Source: Gemmatimonadota bacterium
Lineage (GTDB): Bacteria; Gemmatimonadota; Gemmatimonadetes; Gemmatimonadales; GWC2-71-9
Reading direction: 5' to 3'
Length of the DNA: 60,507 bases
Assembly (NCBI GenBank): GCA_033763675.1
Contig: JANRJZ010000166.1
Location: 1 to 60,507, forward strand
Numbering within the stretch: the first letter of the stretch is position 1; every line of letters starts with the position of its first letter. The translations under genes were made by a program, and so were the position numbers. Of this stretch, positions 9,200 through 17,833 are shown piece after piece. Below the pieces are notes generated by a model. That model was not told the origin of the DNA. It did no database searches and saw only the letters and a program-made list of their open reading frames with translations.

Positions 9200-12100
9200 C
9201 TAGTTGTGGAAGTACACGTTGTCGATGTACAGCAGCGTCGGCCCCGCCGCGACGAACAGCAGCTGCTGCAGTTTGTCCCGTGCGGTCAGCCCGCTGAAGC
9301 TGGCGAGCGGGATCTCCAGGGAGACCCAGGTGCCGCCCGCGATCGCCCCGGCCTGGTACTTGCCGACGGCCGCGGTCCCGGCCGGGTCGTTGACCAGCTG
9401 GATCTCGAGATTCGCGGACGGGTTGGGCGACCAGACGTCCACGTGGAAATGGGTCATCGTGGTGGCGTTCACCGTGTTCGCCGGGTTCGCGATCCCGAAC
9501 TCGATACCCACGAAGTTGAAGAGCGAGTACTGCTTCACGGGGTGGGTATTGATCAGATAGGGATCGACCAGCTCGTTGCAGCAGGTGCTCCAGCCGGTCC
9601 GCCAGGTATCCACACCCTGATTGGTGTAGGCACTGCTGAACAGCGAGATCACGTTCGCCGGGTTCACCGCCGGCGTCGGGGCAATCGTGGTTGGGACCCC
9701 CAGCGGCGCGGTCACCGTCACGGGGGCGTTCCCCGGCACCGCGATGCCGTTCATCGTCGCGGTGATGGTGGCATTCCCGGCGGCCACGCCCGTCACCAGG
9801 CCGTCGACGCTGACCGTCGCGACGCTGGGATTGCTGGACGTCAGGGTGAACCACCGCCAGGCCACGTCGGTCAGCTTGCCGCCGTTGGGGAGCGCCGGCA
9901 CGGTCCAGTTGACCGTGTTCGGGGCGGGGTTGATCTGCTGCGGGGTGCCGACCGCCACGGTGAGGGTCGGCCAGTTCACGCCAGCCGCGGTGGGCGGCGC
10001 CACCTCGGAACCGGGCAGGAGCTCGTACTGCACGTCGTTGAACCAGACCGTGTAGTTGTTCGGCCCGTCGGCGAAGTGGAACAGCCCGTCATAGTTCACG
10101 AACTTGCTGGGGTCCGGCAGCGGGATGATGAACTTCTGGAACGTCGTGGTGAGCGGGATCCCGATCGCCTCGGCATTGAAGAGGTTATTCGCCGCGGAGT
10201 TGCCGATCCCAACCTTGAGCGTGCTCGTGGCCACGCTGCCCCTGGCCCAGAAGGTCAGGGCGTTGTAGGCGGAGAGGTCCCGCGGCGCCGACGCCACCAG
10301 GGCGCCGCCCGAGTAGCCGCCGCCGCTGGTGATGACCGCCTTCAGCGACGCGCGGCCATTGTTGGGCACGGTCGGGTCGACCGAAACCGCGTTGGTGGCG
10401 CCGCCGAAGTCGGCGAAGCTCACCCCGGAGGCGTAGCCGTCATAGAAGACCAGCCCGGGGCTGCCCCCACCGCCGCCGGTCTTGTAGAAGTAGACGTTGT
10501 CCACGTACAGCGTGCTGAGGCTGCCGGAGATGACCATCTGGGCGAGGTGCCCCTTCGTCACCAGGCCGGTGAACGCCGACAGGGGAACGTCGATGCCGAC
10601 CCAGCTCCCGGTCGCCAGCGCCGGGGTGGTGGTGGCGTCGAAGCTCACCTCATGTTCCACGTCGTCGCCACCGCCGAAGGCGCCGTCGGCCCCGAAGTCC
10701 ACCAGCTTGACCTTGAACACCGCCGGGGCGGCGGTGGGGTCGGGGGTCCAGATGTCCATGTGGAACCCGGTCATCGCCGAGGCGTCGACCGGCGCCGAGG
10801 TGAACTCGATGCCAGCGAACACCAGATTGCTGTATTTCTTGGTGTCGTTGCCCGCGATCAGGGTGTCCGCCACGTCGGCCACGTCCCATACCGCCGACCA
10901 GGTGTCCACGGTCACGTTGGGGTAGGCGTTGCTGTAGAGCGCAATGACGTCGGCCGCCAGCCTGGTCGGCGTGGGCGCCGGGACCGTCGGGCCGGTCGGC
11001 GGCGGGGGCGCCGCCCCCTGGAAGAAGTAGACGTTGTCCACGTACAGCGTGGGGCTCGACCCGGACAGGATCATCTGGGCCAGGTGCCCCCGCCCGGTCA
11101 GTCCGGCAAAGGCCGAGAGCGGGATATCGAGGCTGTTCCAGACATCGGTCGCGATGGACGGCGTGGAATTGGGCGTCAGCGTGATCTCATGCTCGGAGTC
11201 GTCGCCACCGCCAAAGGCGCCGTTGGCCCCAAAGTCCACCAGCTTCACCTTGAACTGGGTGGCGTTGCGGGTCAGCACATCGATGTGGAAATGGGTCATC
11301 GCCGAGGCATTGATCTGCTGGCTGATGAACTCGACTCCGGCAAAGGCCAGGCCGGTGTACTTCTTGGTGTCGTTGCCGGCGATCTGGATATCCGCCACGT
11401 CCGCCACGTCCCACACCGCCGACCAGGTGTCCACCGGCACGTTGGTGTAGGCGTTGCTGTACAGCGCAATGACGCTGGTGTCAGGGCGCGTCGGCGTCGG
11501 CGCGGCGGTGGTCGGCGGAGCCACGGCCAGCACCGAGACGGACCCGGTGGCGGCCGTTGACCCCAGCCGGGCCGTGACCGTGCTGCTGCCGTCACCGACC
11601 AGCGTGATCAGCCCGGTCGGGCTCACGGTGGCGACCGTGGAATCCGAGGAAGCGAAGGTGAAGTACCCCGGGGAGACCACCAGGGTCTGGTCGGTGCCCT
11701 CCACCGCGAACGTCACCGTCGTCCCCGACACGTTGACGGTGGCGCCGACCTCTTCGCTCACCGTGGCGGACGCCATGGCCGGCCGCGGGTTCTGGATCGT
11801 GTTCACCGTCTCGAACTGGATGTCGTCGAACCAGATCTCGTTGCCGACCCCGCCCTCCGGCCCCTCCGCAAAGAAGAAGAGCCCCCCCTCCCGCTCGAGC
11901 CGGGCGGCCAGGGGGATCGGGATGGTGTACTGCCGCCAGGCGGTGGTCAGTGCGAGGCCGGACCCCTGGGCCGAGTACTGCGAGGTGCCGGTGTTGTCGT
12001 TGCCGAGGCCGGCCACATCCAGGGTGGCCGGGACGCTGGCCCGGGCCCAGAAGGTCAGCGCGTTGTACCCGGAGAGATCGCGCGGCACGTTCGCGATGAA

Positions 12101-12391
12101 CGCTCCGCCGGCGTAGCTCCCGGAGGGATCCCCCGCGGCGGGCACCGTGACGCGCAGCGCGACCGTCCCGGAGCGGAAGATGGTGCCGTCCTCGCTGAGC
12201 GCATCCACCTTCGACCCGGCGAAGGCCTCGAACCGCACCCCGGGCGCGAAGCCCTCGGCGAACACCCCTGGGTCGCTCGGGAACCGCGCCGGCCCCAGTG
12301 AATCGGCGTCCCGGGAGCAGGCGACCACCGCCGCGCCGACGGCGACTCCCACTAGGGCCACGACGCGGATCGAGGAGGATCTCGGGGGCAT
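9200..12391 (-). CDS. Large modular surface lipoprotein with Ig-like (Big_2) and repeated CBM-like domains; probable glucan-binding protein
   Basis: Lipobox VVAC; two Ig-like segments (SSDSTVATVS / SSNPSVATVS); three copies of a VIxLxSxAY...VDTW...YxDNVYF module; two copies of a DLSxYNALTFWAR module. Confidence 0.75.
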   Translation of the reverse strand: MPPRSSSIRVVALVGVAVGAAVVACSRDADSLGPARFPSDPGVFAEGFAPGVRFEAFAGSKVDALSEDGTIFRSGTVALRVTVPAAGDPSGSYAGGAFIANVPRDLSGYNALTFWARASVPATLDVAGLGNDNTGTSQYSAQGSGLALTTAWRQYTIPIPLAARLEREGGLFFFAEGPEGGVGNEIWFDDIQFETVNTIQNPRPAMASATVSEEVGATVNVSGTTVTFAVEGTDQTLVVSPGYFTFASSDSTVATVSPTGLITLVGDGSSTVTARLGSTAATGSVSVLAVAPPTTAAPTPTRPDTSVIALYSNAYTNVPVDTWSAVWDVADVADIQIAGNDTKKYTGLAFAGVEFISQQINASAMTHFHIDVLTRNATQFKVKLVDFGANGAFGGGDDSEHEITLTPNSTPSIATDVWNSLDIPLSAFAGLTGRGHLAQMILSGSSPTLYVDNVYFFQGAAPPPPTGPTVPAPTPTRLAADVIALYSNAYPNVTVDTWSAVWDVADVADTLIAGNDTKKYSNLVFAGIEFTSAPVDASAMTGFHMDIWTPDPTAAPAVFKVKLVDFGADGAFGGGDDVEHEVSFDATTTPALATGSWVGIDVPLSAFTGLVTKGHLAQMVISGSLSTLYVDNVYFYKTGGGGGSPGLVFYDGYASGVSFADFGGATNAVSVDPTVPNNGRASLKAVITSGGGYSGGALVASAPRDLSAYNALTFWARGSVATSTLKVGIGNSAANNLFNAEAIGIPLTTTFQKFIIPLPDPSKFVNYDGLFHFADGPNNYTVWFNDVQYELLPGSEVAPPTAAGVNWPTLTVAVGTPQQINPAPNTVNWTVPALPNGGKLTDVAWRWFTLTSSNPSVATVSVDGLVTGVAAGNATITATMNGIAVPGNAPVTVTAPLGVPTTIAPTPAVNPANVISLFSSAYTNQGVDTWRTGWSTCCNELVDPYLINTHPVKQYSLFNFVGIEFGIANPANTVNATTMTHFHVDVWSPNPSANLEIQLVNDPAGTAAVGKYQAGAIAGGTWVSLEIPLASFSGLTARDKLQQLLFVAAGPTLLYIDNVYFHN

Positions 12392-12466
12392 CGGTCTACT
12401 CCGGGTTGGCTATGGAAGGCCCTGGGGCCGGGCGCCGGGAACCGGGCCGCCAGGCGAGTCGTTCAG

Positions 12467-12489
12467 CTTTGTTCGATGTGCGAACAAAG
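12467..12489. promoter_or_regulatory. Putative ROK-repressor operator (perfect 9-bp inverted repeat)
   Basis: CTTTGTTCG-ATGTG-CGAACAAAG is an AT-rich palindrome of XylR/ROK type. It overlaps the -10/start site of the minus-strand promoter. Confidence 0.7.
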
Positions 12490-12516
12490 TATGCCGCCCG
12501 GGCACCACCCTGTCAA
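12488..12516 (-). promoter_or_regulatory. Sigma70-type promoter of the lipoprotein-ROK-GH16-MFS operon
   Basis: Minus strand reads TTGACA (12516-12511), a 17-nt spacer, then CATACT (12493-12488). Confidence 0.7.
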
Positions 12517-12592
12517 GAACGGGCGGGCCGGGTGGCCGGCGCGGCCGTCGGGAGAAGCCGGAGTGCCGTGAAGAGGGTCGGGGCACCCTGGA

Positions 12593-12621
12593 TTGACACA
12601 ATAGAACGATCGTGCTTTTAT
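12593..12621 (+). promoter_or_regulatory. Sigma70-type promoter of tetR with TetR operator in the spacer
   Basis: TTGACA (12593-12598), 17 nt, then TTTTAT (12616-12621). The spacer contains the near-palindrome AGAACGA/TCGTGCT (12603-12616). ATG lies 5 nt after the -10. Confidence 0.62.
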
Positions 12622-12626
12622 GGGCC

Positions 12627-13232
12627 ATGTCCAAGGGCACCACGACCCGCCGTTCCATCCTCGACCACGCCATCGCCCTGGCCAGCGAGGTCGGGCTGGG
12701 CGGGCTCACCATCGGATCCCTGGCCGAGGAGCTGGACCTCTCCAAGAGCGGGCTGTACGCCCACTTCGGGTCCAAGGAGGCGCTGCAGATCCAGGTGCTG
12801 GACCACGCCGCCCTCAACTTCACCGAGGCGGTCGTCCGGCCGGCGCTCAAGGAACCCCGCGGCGCCCCCCGGATGCGGGCGCTGTTCGAGCGCTGGCTGG
12901 CGTGGGACCGGGACGGCGTCCTCCCGGGGGGCTGTCTCTTCGTCGCCGCGGCCTCGGAGCTGGACGACCGGGACGGCCCGGTCCGCGAACGGCTGGTGGA
13001 ACTGCAGCAGACCTGGATCGATGTGGTCCGGGTCTCGGTGGAGAAGGGAATCGAGTCGGGCGCCTTCCGCCGCGACGCGGACCCGGCGCAGTTCGCCCAG
13101 GACCTCCACGGCGTCATGCTCGGCTTCCACCACGGCGCGCGCCTGATGCGCGATCCCGACGCGGAGCCGCGCGCGCGGAAGGCCTTCGAGCGGTTGCTGG
13201 AGGCAGTGGCGGCGGTCCGGCAACTGCCGTAG
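12627..13232 (+). CDS. TetR/AcrR family transcriptional regulator
   Basis: HTH GLTIGSLAEELDLSKSGLYAHFGSKEAL; C-terminal GGCLF motif. Confidence 0.93.
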   Translation: MSKGTTTRRSILDHAIALASEVGLGGLTIGSLAEELDLSKSGLYAHFGSKEALQIQVLDHAALNFTEAVVRPALKEPRGAPRMRALFERWLAWDRDGVLPGGCLFVAAASELDDRDGPVRERLVELQQTWIDVVRVSVEKGIESGAFRRDADPAQFAQDLHGVMLGFHHGARLMRDPDAEPRARKAFERLLEAVAAVRQLP

Positions 13233-13270
13233 TTCGTCCCGTCGTCCGGTCGTTACCGTCAGGAGTTCAC

Positions 13271-14161
13271 ATGCTCGCACTCGCTCGGCTGGCGCTCGGG
13301 ACCGCGCAGCCCCTCGCACCGGACTTCGCCGCCTGGCTGGGCGAACGGCTCTTCTTCACCCCGCCGCGCCAGTCGCTCCCCGAGGGCGCCCGGCCGCTGC
13401 TCCACCGCGGGCGCCGGTTCCGGATCCTGGTGGACGGCCGCGAGATCCAGGGCTGGCGCTGGGGCCGCGGTCCCGCCGTCTACCTGCTGCACGGCTGGGG
13501 CGGGCGCGGCGGGCGGTACCTGCACTACATCGAGCCGCTCACAGAGCTGGGCCACTCCGTCGTGGTCTTCGATGCGCCGGGCCACGGCGCCAACCCGCAC
13601 GGCATGAGCTCGGCGCCGGAGTTCGCGCGGGCGCTCCAGGCGGTGGTCGACCTGTGCGGGCCGGCCCGTGCCGTGGTGGCCCACTCGCTGGGCGCGGCGG
13701 CGGCGGCGCTCGCGGTCCGCTGGGGCCTCCGGCCCGAGCGGCTCGTGCTGCTGGCGCCGCCCGCGGACGTGACCGAGTTCTTCGAGCCCTTTGCCCGGGC
13801 CGTGGGGCTGACGCAGGCCGTGATGGCGCGGCTGGTGGCCCGGAGTACCCGCCGGATCGGGCTTGCCTGGTCCGAGCTCGACATCCGGCGCCACGCCCCG
13901 AAGGAGCCGCTGCCGCTCCTCGTGGTGCATGACGTGGGCGACACGGTCGTGCCCTTCGCGGACGGCGTCGCGGTCGCGGAAGCCTGGGGCGGCCAGCTGC
14001 ACGCCACCCAGGGGCTGGGTCACAGCGGCCTGCTGCGGGACCGCGAGGTGCTGCGCACCGTGGCCGCCTTCGTCACTGGTGCCGCACCCGAGGATGTCGC
14101 GGCGGCAGTGGATCCGGCGGCGAAGGCGGAGCGGTGGTTGTGGGAGAGGTATCGGCGGTAG
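13271..14161 (+). CDS. Alpha/beta fold hydrolase
   Basis: RBS AGGAG upstream; LLHGWGG, FDAPGHG, AHSLG nucleophile, VHDVGDTVVP, GLGH. The TAG stop lies inside the 9-nt repeat. Confidence 0.88.
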   Translation: MLALARLALGTAQPLAPDFAAWLGERLFFTPPRQSLPEGARPLLHRGRRFRILVDGREIQGWRWGRGPAVYLLHGWGGRGGRYLHYIEPLTELGHSVVVFDAPGHGANPHGMSSAPEFARALQAVVDLCGPARAVVAHSLGAAAAALAVRWGLRPERLVLLAPPADVTEFFEPFARAVGLTQAVMARLVARSTRRIGLAWSELDIRRHAPKEPLPLLVVHDVGDTVVPFADGVAVAEAWGGQLHATQGLGHSGLLRDREVLRTVAAFVTGAAPEDVAAAVDPAAKAERWLWERYRR

Positions 14162-14188
14162 CGACGGTAGCGACGGTAGCGACGGTAG
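14156..14188 (+). repeat. Tandem 9-nt repeat (CGGTAGCGA) x ~3.7, left arm flanking the four-helix-bundle gene
   Basis: Read directly: cggtagcga cggtagcga cggtagcga cggtag. Confidence 0.95.
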
Positions 14189-14198
14189 GGTGGAGGGC

Positions 14199-14561
14199 TT
14201 ACGGACGCAGTTTCCCCACGACCTGGTACAAACGCCAGGTTACGATTCCGGCGCGATTCCGGAGCTCCTCAACCTCGGCGTGTGAGTCCGGCGGCAAGTA
14301 ACCCAGATCCTTCGACAGCCGAAGCAGATAGGTCAGCTCCGCGAGCGACCCGAGCGAAATATCGAGGAATCGCCGGAACTCCCTGCCACCTCGCTTCGCG
14401 GAGCCCTCCGCGATGTTGGTAGGAATGGATACAGCCGCGCGCCGGATCTGGCTGACCAACCCGAACCGTTCCTGGGCTGGCCACCCCTCCGTCAACCGGT
14501 ACACCTGCACCACTAGCGCATGGCAGAGCTGCCACGCCTCGAGCCGTTCAAAGGGAGCCAT
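14199..14561 (-). CDS. Four helix bundle protein (23S rRNA-IVS protein / Avd-like family)
   Basis: 120 aa with FERLEAWQ, ERFGLVSQIRRAAVSIPTNIAEG and FLDISLGSLAEL hallmark motifs. It is antisense to its neighbours and visibly more A/T-rich. Confidence 0.9.
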   Translation of the reverse strand: MAPFERLEAWQLCHALVVQVYRLTEGWPAQERFGLVSQIRRAAVSIPTNIAEGSAKRGGREFRRFLDISLGSLAELTYLLRLSKDLGYLPPDSHAEVEELRNRAGIVTWRLYQVVGKLRP

Positions 14562-14604
14562 GGCTCAGCATGGCGTCTCTCCGTCAACGCATCATCAACC
14601 GCTC

Positions 14605-14667
14605 CCGTTACCGTCGCTACCGTCGTTACCGTCGTTACCGTCGCTACCGTCACTACCGTCGCTACCG
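14605..14667 (-). repeat. Tandem 9-nt repeat (TCGYTACCG) x ~7, right arm; reverse complement of the left arm
   Basis: Read directly: ccgttaccg tcgctaccg tcgttaccg tcgttaccg tcgctaccg tcactaccg tcgctaccg. Confidence 0.95.
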
Positions 14668-14681
14668 TACATTCCCCCCTG

Positions 14682-15947
14682 ATGACCTCCCCCTCGCCAG
14701 CCCCGAATACCCCCGCCGATCTCGGTCGGTTGCGGATCAATCGTGACACCCCGCCCCCCGGCCTGCGGCGAGCGCTCTGGCGCAACCTGATCCTCGCGGC
14801 GGTGGCCCTGGCGCTGGTCGCGATCGTCCTCTACCTGCGGCGCGAGCAGGCGGTGCCGGTGGAGGTGTTCACCGTAACCTTGAACGGCGGCGGGGGCGCC
14901 GCGGGCGCCGCGAGCGCCAGCGTGACGGCCAACGGCTACGTGGTGGCGCGGACCCGAGCGGCGGTGTCGGCCAAGCTCGCGGGGCGGCTGGCGGAGCTGC
15001 GGGTGAGCGAGGGATCGCAGGTGCGCGCCGGCGAGGTGATCGCGCGGCTCGAGAACGACGAGTACGCGGCGCAGGTGAGTCAGGCCGAGGCGAATCTGGC
15101 CACCGCGCGGGCGGAGCTGATCGAGGCGACGGCGCGGCGGGACCAGCTGACCCGCGAGGCCCGGCGGGTCACTGACATCCGGCAGGAGAATCCCGACCTG
15201 GTGGCGGAGGAACAGGTGGAGGCGGCGCGGAGCGCGGCAGACCAGGCCGTGGCGCGGGTGGACGCCGCGGCGGCGCGGGTGCAGGCGGCGGAGGCGGAGC
15301 GGCGCTTCGCGGAGGCCACGCTCGAGTCCACGTTGATCCGGGCGCCGTTCACCGGCACCGTCCTGCGAAAGGAAGCGGAAGTGGGAGAAGTCGTGGCGCC
15401 TTCGGTCGGCGGTGGACTCACCCGCGGTGCGGTCGTCACCATGGCGGACTTCGCCACGCTCGAGGTGGAGGTGGACGTCAACGAGGCGTATATCGCGCGA
15501 GTGACGAACGGCCAGGGGGCCCGTATCACCCTCGACGCCTATCCCGACACCGGCTTCCGGGGTCGAGTGCGGCAGGTCGTCCCCACCGCCGACCGGCAGC
15601 GGGCCACGGTGCAGGTGAAGGTCGCGATCCTCGATCGCGACCGGCGCATCCTCCCCGAGATGGGGGCGCGGGTGGATTTCCTGGAGCCCGAGGCGCCGCG
15701 CCGTGACACCACGGCGGCCCGGACCCCGCGGATCCGGGTGCCCGCCGCCGCGGTACGCGTCCTGGAGGGGCAGTCGGTGGTCTGGCTGGTGCGGCAGGGC
15801 CGGCTGGTATCGAAGGTGGTGGACGCCGGCCCGGTGAGCGGCGGCTTTCGCGAGGTGCGCTCCGGCCTGGTGGGCGGCGAACAGCTGCTGACGGGGGGCG
15901 TGGAGGAGCCGAAGGAGGGGATGGCGGTGGTGGTGGCAGGGCGGTAG
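14682..15947 (+). CDS. Efflux periplasmic adaptor / membrane fusion protein (MacA/HlyD-like)
   Basis: N-terminal TM; VTANGYVVA, lipoyl halves (VSAKLAGRL...IRAPFTGTV), coiled coil, EVEVDVNEA, PTADRQRATV, ILPEMGARV. Confidence 0.9.
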   Translation: MTSPSPAPNTPADLGRLRINRDTPPPGLRRALWRNLILAAVALALVAIVLYLRREQAVPVEVFTVTLNGGGGAAGAASASVTANGYVVARTRAAVSAKLAGRLAELRVSEGSQVRAGEVIARLENDEYAAQVSQAEANLATARAELIEATARRDQLTREARRVTDIRQENPDLVAEEQVEAARSAADQAVARVDAAAARVQAAEAERRFAEATLESTLIRAPFTGTVLRKEAEVGEVVAPSVGGGLTRGAVVTMADFATLEVEVDVNEAYIARVTNGQGARITLDAYPDTGFRGRVRQVVPTADRQRATVQVKVAILDRDRRILPEMGARVDFLEPEAPRRDTTAARTPRIRVPAAAVRVLEGQSVVWLVRQGRLVSKVVDAGPVSGGFREVRSGLVGGEQLLTGGVEEPKEGMAVVVAGR

Positions 15948-15975
15948 CGACGGTACCGTCGCTACCGTCGTTACC
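15942..15975. repeat. Gene-less palindrome of the 9-nt repeat ('empty site')
   Basis: CGGTAGCGACGGT|ACCGTCGCTACCG is a perfect 26-bp palindrome (15942-15967), followed by a further TCGTTACC. It includes the adaptor gene's TAG. Confidence 0.92.
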
Positions 15976-16001
15976 AACGATCACAATACACCTGGAGCCC
16001 C

Positions 16002-16694
16002 GTGATGCCTCTCGTCGAAATCCGCGCCGTGGACAAGGCCTTCCAGCGCGACTCCGAGCGGGTGGAGATCTTCACCCGCCTCAACCTCGACATCGAGGAA
16101 GGCTCCTTCACCGCGCTGATGGGGCCGTCGGGGTCGGGGAAGTCCACCCTGCTCAACCTGGTGGCGGGGCTCGACCGGCCCACCAGCGGCAGCGTCCGGG
16201 TGGCCGGGGCGGAGGTGAGCGCCATGAGCCCGAACCAGCTGGCGCCGTGGCGGGCGCGGCACATCGGGTTCGTCTTCCAGCAGCTCAACCTGCTTCCGGT
16301 GCTCACCGCCTGGCAGAACGTGGAGCTACCGCTCCTGCTCACCAGCCTCTCGCGACGGGAGCGGGACGAACGGATCCGGCTGGCGCTCGGCGTGGTGGGG
16401 CTCGAGGACCGGATGAAGCACTTCCCCCGGCAGCTCTCGGGCGGGCAGGAGCAGCGGGTCGCGATCGCGCGGGCCATCGTGGCGGACCCGACCCTGGTAC
16501 TGCTGGATGAGCCCACCGGCCAGCTCGACGCGAAGAGCTCCCAGGACGTGCTGGCGCTGCTCAGCCGGCTCAACGACGAGTTCAAGAAGACCATCATCAT
16601 GGTGACCCACGACGCCCACGCGGCGGCGTCGGCGCGGACGGTGCTGCACCTCGAGAAGGGGCAGCTCATCGAGCGTCAGGGGGCGATGGCATGA
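16002..16694 (+). CDS. ABC transporter ATP-binding protein (LolD/MacB type)
   Basis: GPSGSGKST, LSGGQEQRVAIARA, LLDEPT, MVTHD. Confidence 0.94.
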   Translation: MMPLVEIRAVDKAFQRDSERVEIFTRLNLDIEEGSFTALMGPSGSGKSTLLNLVAGLDRPTSGSVRVAGAEVSAMSPNQLAPWRARHIGFVFQQLNLLPVLTAWQNVELPLLLTSLSRRERDERIRLALGVVGLEDRMKHFPRQLSGGQEQRVAIARAIVADPTLVLLDEPTGQLDAKSSQDVLALLSRLNDEFKKTIIMVTHDAHAAASARTVLHLEKGQLIERQGAMA

Positions 16695-17833
16695 AGTACC
16701 TCCATCTGGTGCTGGCCAACCTCGGCCGTCACAAGCGCCGCACCCTGCTCACGATCGCCAGCGTGGCGCTGGCGCTCTTCCTCTTTGCCTCGCTCCGCAC
16801 CGTGGTCACCACCCTTGCGGCGGCGGCGCAGTTCGGCAGCGCCCGGCGGCTGGTGAGCACCAACGCCACCGGGATCGTCTTCCCGCTCCCGCTCAGCTAC
16901 GCCAACAAGCTGCAGGCCACCCCGGGCGTCGAGGCCGTTTCCTGGGCCAACTGGTTCGGCGGCCGCTACGGGGACAACAAGCGGTTCTTCGCCCAGTTCG
17001 CGGTGGACCCCGCCTCCTACCTCGAGATGTACCCCGAGATCTCCCTGCCCGAGGACCAGAAGCAGGCCTTCATCCGGGAACGCTCGTCGGCGATCATCGG
17101 CCGGCGGCTGGTGGACATCTTTGGCTGGAAGCTGGGGCAGGACGTGACCATCCAGGGCACCATCTACCCCGGCGACTGGACCTTCACCATCCGCGGCATC
17201 TACACCCCGACCGACGCGGTCATCAACGACGACATGATGCTCTTCCAGCACGAGTACCTGGAGGAGCGGACCGGGCGGCCGGGGCAGGCGGGGTGGTACG
17301 TGCTCCGCATCGATGACGGCGACCAATCCGCCAGCATCGCCAAGGGCATCGACGACCAGTTCCGCAACTCGAATGCCGCCACCAAGACCGGCACCGAGCA
17401 GGCGTTCAACGCCAGCTTCGCCACGATGTGGGGCAACGTGAGCCTGCTGATGGGGACCATCGGCATGGCGGTGGTCTTCGCCATCCTGCTGGTCACCGCC
17501 AATGCCATGATGATGAGCGCCCGGGAGCGGACCCGGGAAGTGGCGGTGCTCAAGACCATCGGCTTCACCGACCGCACCCTCTTTGGGCTGGTCATGGTCG
17601 AGGCGGGGCTCATCGCCGGGATCGGCGCGGTGCTCGGGCTGGGCGGCGCCAAGCTGCTCTACAAGTCCACCAACTTCAACGCCGGCGGGTTCCTTCCCGG
17701 CTTCGACGTGACCACCTCCACCCTCCTCATCGGCGCCGGGGTGACCCTGCTGCTGATGCTGGCGAGCGGGCTGGTGCCGGCGGTGCGGGCGGCCCGGCTC
17801 CCGGTGGTGCAGGCGCTCCGGAGGGTCGAGTAA
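16691..17833 (+). CDS. ABC transporter permease (MacB/FtsX family)
   Basis: NLGRHKRRTLLT, a periplasmic core and RERTREVAVLKTIGF; ATGA overlap with the ATPase. Confidence 0.9.
   Translation: MKYLHLVLANLGRHKRRTLLTIASVALALFLFASLRTVVTTLAAAAQFGSARRLVSTNATGIVFPLPLSYANKLQATPGVEAVSWANWFGGRYGDNKRFFAQFAVDPASYLEMYPEISLPEDQKQAFIRERSSAIIGRRLVDIFGWKLGQDVTIQGTIYPGDWTFTIRGIYTPTDAVINDDMMLFQHEYLEERTGRPGQAGWYVLRIDDGDQSASIAKGIDDQFRNSNAATKTGTEQAFNASFATMWGNVSLLMGTIGMAVVFAILLVTANAMMMSARERTREVAVLKTIGFTDRTLFGLVMVEAGLIAGIGAVLGLGGAKLLYKSTNFNAGGFLPGFDVTTSTLLIGAGVTLLLMLASGLVPAVRAARLPVVQALRRVE

Noticed and set aside
14199-14561. 23S rRNA intervening sequence or DGR locus
   Set aside because: The flanks are protein-coding genes, not rRNA, and no reverse transcriptase or TR/VR pair was seen in the window.
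14156-14667. CRISPR array interpretation of the tandem repeats (also 38821, 58310)
   Set aside because: The units are 7-9 nt, directly adjacent with no spacers, and no cas genes are present.
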